Assembly (NCBI GenBank): GCA_964016885.1
Contig: OZ024743.1
Span: forward strand, 222,022,001 to 222,086,000
Length of the DNA stretch: 64,000 bases
Reading direction: 5' to 3'
Source of the DNA: Eledone cirrhosa
Taxonomy: Eukaryota
Shown here: in pieces, positions 14,229-24,900 of the stretch
How positions within the stretch are numbered: the stretch's first letter is position 1
Layout of the letters: every line of letters starts with the position of its first letter
Notes under the pieces: model-generated
Told to the model about the DNA's origin: nothing
The model's database searches: none
The model's input: the letters and a program-made list of their open reading frames with translations, nothing else
Translations under genes and position numbers: made by a program

Positions 14229-14277
<49 letters not shown>

Positions 14278-14289
14278 GTATATATAAAT

Positions 14290-14338
<49 letters not shown>

Positions 14339-14376
14339 AATATATATATATATAAATATATATATATATATGTATG

Positions 14377-14424
<48 letters not shown>

Positions 14425-14430
<6 letters not shown>

Positions 14431-14993
14431 TATAGACATAGAATATTCGAAAATATTCTGTATGTTTATAATAAACATTTTGAAGACCTAATCGCTATAG
14501 AATAGAATACGTCACGTATTACAATTAGATTCTCGATAAAAGCAAGGGAAGTAATCTACGCGTTTCATTCTTGTTAGAAATCTTCAGGACTACATATCCA
14601 GTGCTTTTATCGAGAATGACACAGCTAGAGACTTATAGAATACTTAGCTGTGTACAGGAACTGGTTTGAAAGAGCGGTTGCCGGTCCGGCAGAAATTAGA
14701 AATTGGAATAAATGCTCTGAAATAGCGATATATATGTGAATATAGACATAGAATATTCGAAAATATTCTGTATGTTTATAATAAACATTTTGAAGAAGTC
14801 CTGAAGATTTCTAACAAGAATGAAACGCGTAGATTACTTCCCTTGCTTTTATCGAGAATCTAATTGTAATACGTGACGTATTCTATTCTATAGCGATTAG
14901 GTCTTCAAAATGTTTATTATAAACATACAGAATATTTTCGAATATTCTATGTCTATATTCACATATATATCGCTATTTCAGAGCATTTATTCC

Positions 14994-14997
<4 letters not shown>
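14425..14997. mobile_element. Fold-back PLE end with terminal duplication and two hammerhead copies
   Basis: 14797-14960 is the inverse of 14425-14591. The segment 14425-14487 repeats at 14738-14796. Confidence 0.75.
14551..14593 (-). ncRNA. Minimal type I hammerhead ribozyme (PLE-type, palindromic stem III)
   Basis: gtagtc-CTGAAGA-tttct aaca agaat-GAAAC-gc-GTA-gattac. Plus-strand copy at 14797-14835. Confidence 0.78.
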
Positions 14998-15026
<29 letters not shown>

Positions 15027-15051
15027 ATATATATGTATGTATATATATATG

Positions 15052-15114
<63 letters not shown>

Positions 15115-15129
15115 TTTTAATATAGATGA

Positions 15130-15178
15130 GATTCTACAGGACTAGAACTGTTTCATTCTTTAGAAATCATCAGGAATC
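15130..15178 (-). ncRNA. Canonical type I hammerhead ribozyme
   Basis: gattc-CTGATGA-tttct aa agaat-GAAAC-ag ttctagtc ct-GTA-gaatc. All three stems pair. Confidence 0.8.
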
Positions 15179-15760
15179 TGGGTATCAAAAAATAAATATC
15201 GTATTTATAGGTCTCTTCAGGTGGTAGGAGAGGGTGGGGAGTGGGATGGGTGTAGGTCATTGGTTGATAGAAAAGGGAATTCATTAAAAGCTAATTCTTT
15301 AAAGCTATAATTTATATTTAGAGTAACAAAAGCAGAAAGAATTTTATAAACAAGTTCAGATTGGGGTGCCACTCCTTATTTTTAAGTTTCTCTTAAGCTA
15401 GATTTCGGATGTCTATAAGATCGTTGGGGGTTAGTCATGGTTGATGGATTTAATGAAAAGGGAAATTCTTTAAAAGCTAATTCTTTAAGGTTCTACTTAG
15501 TGACAAAGGCCTAGAGAATTCTTTAGACCAGTTAAAAATATTGAGTGCATATCATACCATATCAATGGTATGTGTATATATATATATATAGAATATATAT
15601 ATATATATGGAATAAGGAAAATATATTCTATATATATATATATATATTCTATATATATATAGAGAATAAGGAAAATATATATATATTCTATATATATATA
15701 TATATAGAATAAGGAAAAGCGAAGTAGTTTCAGATGTTCAAGTCCTTTATATATTATACC

Positions 15761-15798
<38 letters not shown>

Positions 15799-15842
15799 AA
15801 GGAAAAGCGAAGTAGTTTCAGATGTTCAAGTCCTTTAATAAT

Positions 15843-16023
15843 AATTGTTTCTACTTTAGGCACAAGGCCAGCAAATACCCAGTGCATTACTGGTACTTTA
15901 TTTTATCGACCCCGTAAGGATGAAAGGCAAAGTCAACCTCGGCGGGATTTGAACTCAGATCGTAAAGGGACGTAACTATGCTGGAAAGCATGGCGTCCGA
16001 CCCTCTACCGATACTGCCAATCC
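15843..16023 (-). mobile_element. SINE with 18-bp target-site duplication
   Basis: Direct repeat aagtcctttaataataat at 15828-15845 and 16025-16042. Confidence 0.85.
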
Positions 16024-16830
16024 AAAGTCCTTTAATAATAATGCTGTGTTTTTGCATTTTTTCTTCTATGTCTGTTGTTTTTTTTGGTATTGTTCCATAG
16101 GATGGAAATTATAACTGTGTACCAGATTGACTAATGCCTTGAATGCTGTAGCTTACCCTCCGTTCTAGTGTACGGCACTGTCGTTCAATATGTGGATAGA
16201 GTAACTGTGACACTAGAACCCCTCTAAGAACTTCTTACTTAAACATCTCTCTTCATATTATTTACTCACTTCAATCTATATTTTTTTACTCACCTCAATC
16301 CGAATTCTCACTTGGGAAAAAAATTTCTAACTTTTAATTTCTAATTGTTAATTTTTTAATTGTTTAATTTATAATTTCTGATACTTGATTTAGGACTTTA
16401 ATGTTTATTTCCAACTCTCACTCTTAACTTACAATGTAAAACCATGATATCTAGAATTAAGTTTATTTTCCCTTTGAGTTGATGGTCAGTCGTACTGTCC
16501 ACGCTAGCTGAGAGGTAGTATTATGACCTGTAAAAACTAACACTCTCCCATCCCCTCTGGCTTTCGACTGACTACCACAGTCGTGATGGGTAGCAGTAAA
16601 CTATGGTACGGGCCATTGTGTGACTGAGAGGGTGATCTGACTAAGCGAATTTCGTTGAAATCTGCGGTATATAATGGTCAACTTCCTTCGGACATGCGCA
16701 CGCGCAGACCGGTGGGGGTGAATTTGTACTCACAGAGGAACGGGCGAGAAACCCAAAAGCACGCATTTCATCCGTTCCCATGTCGATTCAATTTGGATTG
16801 AATCGGAAACATAACCTTATTATGTAACAA

Positions 16831-16904
16831 GCTGTCTGATGATGTCACGACACTCGCACACGGAACAGTGTGGCCAGTGTCGCCATTGAAATATATATCA
16901 CAGC
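16831..16904 (+). ncRNA. Type I hammerhead-like motif with extended stem II
   Basis: gctgt-CTGATGA-...cgacact..cacac ggaaca gtgtg..agtgtcg...-GAAA-tatata-TC-acagc. Confidence 0.7.
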
Positions 16905-16918
16905 ATTTTATTATTAAA

Positions 16919-17113
16919 GGCGGTGGATTGGCAGTATCGGTAGAGGCTCGGACGCCATGCTTTGACGTATAGAGTTACGGCCCTTGCCATTCTGAATTCA
17001 AATCCCGCCGAGGTTAACTTTGCCTTTCATCCTTACGGGGTCGATAAAATAAAGTACCAGTAATGCACTGGGTAATTGCTGGCCTTGTGCCTAACGTAGA
17101 AACAATTATTATT
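16919..17113 (+). mobile_element. Full-length SINE with 13-bp target-site duplication
   Basis: A-box-like tggcagtatcgg and B-box-like gaattcaaatcc. TSD ttattattaaagg at 16908-16920 and 17106-17118. Confidence 0.85.
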
Positions 17114-17244
17114 AAAGGACTTGAACATCTGAAACTACTTCGCTTTTCCTTATTCGATATTTACTCCGTCACTCCTATGTGGAAAAAGTACGTTGAGTGC
17201 TTGAATTGAATTGCATCAATATTTACCCTAATAATAATAATAAT

Positions 17245-17289
<45 letters not shown>

Positions 17290-17295
<6 letters not shown>

Positions 17296-20200
17296 AATAT
17301 CTTTAAGTCGTTTGGAAGCCTCGACAATGCAAATGAGTAAATCTCCGGGTAACAAGGTCCGGTGGTGGAGAGAGATATGTAAGTGGGTGTACGTTGAGAT
17401 GCGTGGTGTGTATAAGATGTGTGAGATGTGTAGAATGAAGGGAAGAGTATAAAGGATAAAAATAAAAATAACAACACAAGAGAGAGTTACCTTGGGAGAG
17501 ATTTAATAGTCCCTATATATTTCGGATTCACATCCATCAACTGGGATTTTTTCCGGGGTGGGGGAAAAGGTTGTCTGTCGGACAAGTCCGGAACGCGTCT
17601 TTCGCTGTTTGTTGTTTTGAATATCTGAGGTATTCGGCAGAGCGCGCGTGCGCATGAAATGGGGTCGGTCGTACAGAGGTCAGCGGCCGAATGAGGGAGT
17701 GGGATGGCGCTAGCTGTCAGTCCATTCTCTGCCTGTTTGTTAAATGTTACTGTGTGTGTGTGTGCGTGTGTTGTTGTCTCGCTTGAGTGTGTGTGTGTGT
17801 GTGTTGTTGCCTTGTTCATCTGTATTGGCAGTGTAGTATGTTCGTATGGTGGAATGCTACTGTGTGTGTGTGCGTGTGTGTGTGTAGTTGTCTCGTTTGC
17901 GTGTGTGTGTGTGTGTGCGTGTGTTGTGTGTTGTTGCATCGCTTGTTAACTTAAACCAGCCATTTCATTTCGCTTCTCTCTGATCGGTTGTTTATTTGCG
18001 GTTGCAGTCGTTTGATAAAAAGCGCTTCCTTGATACGTAACGTGCCAACGTTTCTTTCAGTCGCTAGAATTGTGACAATGGGCCTTCCGTCTTTGTTTCC
18101 GCATTTGTCAATGTGTTTCCGGAAAGACGAGGCCCTGGTTTTAGTGTGTTCCTTGATCCGGATGTGCAAAGGTCGAATTGTGCTACCTATGTAGTATTGG
18201 TTGCACCTGTCACATTCTATCTTGTACACGACGTATGTGCGTAGGCAACAGTTAGCATGGCGTATCGGGCAGTTTCTGAGGGAGCATGCGTCAGTAGATT
18301 TTTCGGGTTTCCTGGAGAGGCATCTTCGCAGGGAGGGGCCCGAGTGGGCCAGGTGGATATCGAGGGCCTCCCTCCGTATAGCCTTGCGGATAGCGTTGGT
18401 GGTTTTCTCGCCCAGGTGTGGCATTTTAAGGAAGCACTTGCCTTGGGTGCTTCTCTGTCTCTTGCGTCTGGTGTCTCCTATTCTGTCTGTGATCGAGGTA
18501 GGGTACCCGTTCGTCTCCAGCACCTCGAGGAATCGCTTGGTATGAGTGACACCACTCGCGGGATCGCTGCATCTGTTTTTTGATTCGTGCGATCTCGTTC
18601 GTGATGTATCCTCTTTTGGCACTGTTAGGGAGGGCGGACTTGTAGTGAACGAATAGGTCCCTGCAGGCTGCCTTTCTGTAGAAGTTGCAGTGGATCCCTC
18701 CTTGTTCCGTGATGTTGATTCGGAAGTCGAGGAGGGCAAGTGACCCTGTCTTCGTTGGGGTGTTCAACACTGAAGTCAATGTTCTCATCCGTGTTGTTGA
18801 ACGTCTCATAGATTCTGTTCGCCGTGTCTTGGGAAGATGTGAGGATGAGGATATCGTCCACGTATCTTGAGAAAAAGGCTACGGCGTTGGGGTGGCAGGC
18901 GTTGAGTGCCTTGCGTTCGAGGTTGTCCATGTAGGAGATCGCTAGCACACCTGATAGGCTTGATCCCATGGGCAATCCCGAGGTTTGTTGGTATATTTGG
19001 TCAAGGAATCCGAAGTAGGTGTTGTCAACGACGATGGATAGGAGTTGGTGGATGTCAGTGGTGGTGAGCCCGAAGCAGTGTAGGTCGGTGGATTGAACGC
19101 GTTCCATTAGTATATTGACAGCCGGGAGTGCCGGAACCGAGGTGTAGAGAGCGACTACATCAAGGCTGAAGGCATATCTGTTATTCCTTCTGGTGTCGGG
19201 ATCCATTTGATGCAGGCGCTTCAACACCTCCTCGGAGCTGTTAACGTGTCCCAGCAAGGTGTCTAAGATGGGTTTGAGTATTCTGGCTAGGAGCCATGAA
19301 ATTTTGTAGAGTGGTCCCTCCACGCTCGATACAATGGGCCTGATTTTCAGGTCGGGTCCCTGTTTGTGTGTTTTCACGAGGTGGTAGAAGGCGGGTAGTC
19401 TGCTGTTCCTCGTGAGGAGGTTGTATCTCAGCTTCTTCGGGAGCTTCCGCCGGTCGCAGATGTTGGTCCAGGCGGAGTTGATGTGTTCTTCTATCTGCGC
19501 GGGAGTGATTCCCGTGACCTTGGAGTAGAGGTTGTCATCGTCAAGGTGTTGGAGGGCCAGGGTGTTGTAGGCCTCTCTGCTGATGACGCAGAATTCTTTT
19601 CCCTTGTCGGAGGGGAGATATATGAGGTTCTTCGATTTTAGGTTGGAGAGATTTTAGGTTGAAGAGAGTGTTGTGCGTGTGTGTGTTTGTGAAGTATATC
19701 CGAGATGGAGTGTTTTAGCCTGATGAGTTTAGTGTCGAGTTCGTGGTTGGTGGGTGGGGGGTGGAGTGGGTTGTCGGGGTGGTAAGTGGGGAACTTGGGG
19801 TGGGTTGTGTCGGCGCTGTTATTATCTGTGGCGCTGTTGATAGCGGTCACCCATTTAAGTTGGTAAGCGGCTCGACAAAAGTTGGCCTCGATGTTGAGTT
19901 TGAGTCTGTCGTCGAGACGTTGTGTGACGATGAACTTGGGTCCGAGGTGTAGGAGTTTCAGTTCGTCGCTCGTGAGAGTGCCGGTTAGGTCGGTGACCAG
20001 GTGCGTTGCATCGTTGAAGTATGGCTCGGTGTTGGTGGTTGCGGCGGTGGCGGTTGTTAAGTTGTTGTTTCCCACGTGGTTCTGGTCCGTCTGTTCGTTA
20101 GTGTCGATGTTCTCGTTGTGGCGTTTCGACAAGATCCACTCATATTTTCGCTTGAGCCGTTTTTTCTCGTATTGGACTCTGGAGTGGTAGCACTGGTCGA

Positions 20201-20530
20201 TTGCTTTAGTTATTTTTAGGAGCAAGTCTCCGGGTGCTATTGGCAGTCGATGTGTCCGCTCTGAGAGTGTCCGCTTATGGACGTGTAATTGGCGGTTGAG
20301 ATGTCTCAGGATCTGTTTAATACACGTGCGATGTATGCGGTTAGTGGTGTTTTGGAAGGCTGGTGTACGTAGGCTTACTGGTAAGCGGATGTTCTTGATG
20401 GTGTTGGGGATGACATCGTTTTTTAGGCAGCGTTTCAGGAAAATAATTTGGCAGCCAGCGTTGGCCCATTTCTCCGACAGTCTAAACAGTTCCCTTACGG
20501 ATGCAAACAATTCCTGGCTCAGGTGTAAGG
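17290..20530 (-). mobile_element. Near full-length Penelope-like element (Penelope/Poseidon-like) between (TA)n tracts
   Basis: Single RT plus C-terminal GIY-YIG reading frame with two frameshifts, followed by a ~650-bp 3' UTR. Confidence 0.9.
17951..20510 (-). pseudogene. PLE polyprotein (N-terminal region, RT, GIY-YIG) broken at ~19640 and ~18745
   Basis: LGPKF, PSDKG, VKTHK..IRPIVS, SLDVVALYTSVP, GLPMGSSLS, SRYVDDI, FYRK, VVYKIEC..C...YIGST.R....RIKEH, KEALFI....PQIN. Confidence 0.9.
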
Positions 20531-20842
20531 ATAATATATATATATATATATATATATCATATTACCTTATTTTATCTGATGAGAACACAATATGAGAACA
20601 TATATATATATATATATATATATATCATATATATATATATATAAGTGGTGGGCTGGGATTATATATATATATATTTCTGACCGCTTAAACGTCCGATAAT
20701 TCAGATAACATACATTGTTAATTATCTGATTTATTTAACCTAGGGGTGGGGGGGGGGGGCTCAAATGTTATGTCACTTGGGTTTGAACTGGGAACCAGAG
20801 CTAAAAATGTTTTATTTCAGCACTCTCTTGTTTTCGCCATTG

Positions 20843-21200
20843 TGAACGCAGCATGGCTGAAGGGTAAAGAAGTTCACCTCGCAATCATTATGTTCCAGGT
20901 TCGATCCAACTGCGTGGCATCTTAGACAAATGCCATTTATGATACCCTCAGGTCAATCGAAGCCTTGTGAGTGAAATTTAGTAGACAGAGACTGTATGGA
21001 AGCCCGACGGATGGAGTATACTTGTAATTCAAAGGATCCGCCTTGTCACATTCTATACAACGCTGAATTTCCTTGAGAATTACGTTCAAGGTATACGTGT
21101 CTGTGACTGTGAAGTACTCAGCCAATTTGCATGTTAATTTCTCGAGTGGATTGTTCCGTTGATTGAACAACTGGAACACTGATCATCGTGGAAACCGACA
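20843..21200 (+). mobile_element. Second tRNA-derived SINE family (diverged)
   Basis: A-box tggctgaaggg and B-box ggttcgatcc. The 3' part has an inverted homolog at ~32935-33065. Confidence 0.6.
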
Positions 21201-21588
21201 AAGGTCCATTCCCATCGCTTCGGTCATTTCCAGTGCCCTCCCTCAACTGCAACAGTCCAAACAATTAATCATATTGAGAAGACTGTTGCCATTTGTTGCC
21301 GTTTGTTGAAATAACTCAAACTCACATTATGTCAATATATCGATTCCAGTTCCAATGAAATATGTTTCGATCAGCGAAAATGTTTTTTTCATTATCGAAG
21401 TAAATATTTAGTTTCCATTTGTGAAAACTATAATAATAGAGAGAAAAAATCTCAATGGTTTTTATAATCCATATTTAGAAAGAAAATGGTTTTCGACACG
21501 TAATTTAGTGAATAAGAGAGCGTGGATAACCGAGTCTACACAGACTGTGTGTATGCGCACGCACGTTTGTGTGTATTGCGTGTATATA

Positions 21589-21665
21589 CAGGGTGTCCCC
21601 AAAAATATATACACACTTTGATTACCAGTACATTTCTTTGTGTATACATTTTTTGGAACACCCTG
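21589..21665. mobile_element. 77-bp Tc1/mariner-type MITE
   Basis: TA-cagggtgtccccaaaaatatatacaca ... tgtgtatacattttttggaacaccctg-TA. Confidence 0.7.
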
Positions 21666-21669
21666 TATA

Positions 21670-21715
<46 letters not shown>

Positions 21716-21746
21716 TTGTTTTTACATTTTTGGGGATAGCCTTATA

Positions 21747-21811
<65 letters not shown>

Positions 21812-21816
21812 GTATG

Positions 21817-21902
<86 letters not shown>

Positions 21903-21954
21903 TAACAGATTAAAGTTTAAGCAAAGAATCACTGCTTTCACATTACTAATATAT

Positions 21955-24900
21955 ATATATATTAATTGCAATAATGTCATTATTCCGTGTGTCATAATTC
22001 TCGATTATCATTGGTTCATAGGTTTCAAACGGCTCCGCCCACTTCAACGACGCCAAACTGAAATTAATATGCATAATGCCAATGAGGGAGCGAGAGGGGA
22101 GAGTGTGAACGGTGTGTTTGATACACTATGTATATGTGTCAGTGTGGAAATAAGAAGGGAAGTAAAGCAATAACTATTAACATGTGTGCGTGTGTATGTA
22201 CGTGCGCGTATGTTTATGTGTGTGCGTGCGTGCAGCATTCTACAGAAACTAAAAACTATCAACATGTGTGAGTGTGTGCGTGTGTAAGTTTGCATGCGTG
22301 TGCGCGTTTCCATGCGTGTATGTGTGTGGCGTTCCACAATCGCCACGCAGTTTATCTGTCTGTGTGCCTGTCTGTCAGTCTAACAGACACAGAGTTGTGA
22401 AGGGAGTAAATAGGGACCTTTTTTTACATTGAGGACATCTTTTATATTTATCATTGTCATTTTTTGACAATTGCTCGAAAATGAATACTGATAATAAAAG
22501 CAATTCGACTTTATCAAACAGTGAACTACAGCGGCGACGACGTGCAGCCAGCAATGAAGAAAAACGGGCCGAACAGCGCCATCGGAACGCCGAACTTCAG
22601 AGGCGAAGACGTGCCGCCATTGAAACACTGGAGTCAAGCAGCGACGGCGTGCTGGGATGGTTGAAGACGAACTGGCTGAGCATCATCAGCAGATGGCCGG
22701 AATTCAGCAGCAACGGCGTGCTGCGATGGATAAAGAGGAGCTGGCTGAACAGCGCCAGCGCTATACAGAAGTTCAGAGAATGTGTCACCAAAGTGCTCCT
22801 CATTCCAGTAAAGAGGCTAGAAGGCGAACGGATGATATTAAAAATGGATCATGGCAACCATGTCATTTTCAGATTGGTGGACGAGCAGAGTGTCCACATT
22901 GTGGAGCTTTGCTTTGGAGGCACGAAAAGACGTGGACCACAATGTGCTGTCATAAAGGAGGAGTTTAACAAGAATCCTTGCGAATGCCGGGTGATGAGGA
23001 GTCCCCGGAGTTTAAAATACTAAGTATGTGGGGTGATCAAGGAGACCGAGGTAGATTACTGCGCAAATATTCGCGGCAAATTAACAATTCATTAGCTTTA
23101 GCATCGCAGAGAGTTAGTGAGATGTTTGAGAGTGGAGCATGGCAACCGAATGCAGTCATTCAAGGCCGTTTGTATCATTGTATCGGTAATTTAGAAGTTA
23201 CCCCAGGAGAGAGGCCTTGATTCGCTCAAATTTACGTTAACGATCCAGATTATAGTGAATCGGAGGAGGATATCAGGATCGGTTGGATGAAGTTGCCGAG
23301 AAATATAACTGAACTTGAACGGCAAAGGTTAAGTGATTTGATCCTTGATTTGCAATCATGGCTTAGACAGTGTAATCCTTATGTTATGTATTTCATGTTG
23401 GTGGCTGAACTGCAAAATATTCAGCAGCAAACATTGGTGATTAAGGCTGACGCAGTGCCAAGGAATCAACACGAACGGCGATATAATGCCCCTGAAGGAT
23501 TTGGTGAAGTTTCTGTGTTGATGGACGATAAGCCTGGATCGAGAGATATCGTCCTCAATCGCAGAGATGGTGGTCTCAAGACTATCAATGAGTCAAATAG
23601 GGCATACGCTCCATTGCATTATGTTCTTTTATTCCCCAAAAGTGAAAATGGATGGAACATGTCTGTTCATTTAGATGATCATGAGAATCAGCATCAACAG
23701 GGAGGCGGCAATAGACACAATAATTCGATTCGCGACTTTTACGCATTCCATTTGAACGAGAGGAATCAACAGAGAAATGCGCTATTTCAAGCCAGCAGAT
23801 TGTTCCAGGAATACTGTTGTATGGCATTCGCAAAGATCGAAAATCAAAGGCTAAATTATATAGCTACACATCAGCAACATATCAGAGCTAAATTGTATAA
23901 TAATATACAGGATCCGATAACAGCCGATGATGCCAATTACAAGCAAATTGGTTGACGCATCATTTTGCCATCGTCGTTTATCGGCGGCCGGAGATATATG
24001 AAAATTTGCTATCAGGATGCAATGGCTATTGTCAGAAAATTTGGAAAGCCAGATTTGTTTATAACGGTTACATGCAATCCTGAATGGACTGGTACTAAGG
24101 ATGCACTTTTGCCAGGACAACAGCCAAAGGACCGTCCTGATATTGTGGCAAGAGTTTTTTCAAAGGATATCTGAAAAAGATAATGGATGATGTGGAGAAT
24201 CTTTGGAGGTATAGTTGCTTTTACATACGTAATTGAATTCCAAAAAGAGGATTGCCACATGCACATTTGCTGATCATTTTACATAGAGATTGCAAATTGA
24301 GATGTGCTGAGGATGTCGACAGCGTTGTGTATGCCGGAGAATGAGGCACTACGCAACTTGGTGGCAAAGTCAATGGCGCACAACCAATGCGGAGTGGAAA
24401 ATCGGAAAACGCCTTGCATGAAAAATGGCCAATGCAGTAAGCACTTTCCGGAATCTTTTGTCACGAACACTTCCTGGAACGATGGGGATGCTCATCCCCC
24501 ATACAGAAGACGCTCGCCTGCAGATGGCGGTTTGGTCGAAAATGTAAACGGTCGATAGGTTACAAATCAATGGGTTGTGCCATACAATCCATATTTGATT
24601 ATGAAATATCGTTGTCATATTAATGTGGAAATGTGTAGCTCAGTGAAAGCTTGCAAATATCTATTCAAATATGTTTACAAAGGTCATGATCGGGCAATGA
24701 TCAATGTCAGGAATGAGGAAGCGAACCAAGGAGATGAAGTTGGCAGGTTCCAGGATGTTCGCTCGATTGCATCTAGCGAAGCTTGATTGAGATTGTTCGA
24801 TTTTGATCTCAATGAACGCAAACCCAGCGTTCAGAAACTGACGGTTCACTTAGAGAATAGGCAAATGGTCTGTTTTCAGGACACTGGAAGAGGTGTCGAA

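Noticed and set aside
20843-20925. tRNA gene
   Set aside because: A and B boxes are present but no cloverleaf forms, and the sequence continues into a SINE body.
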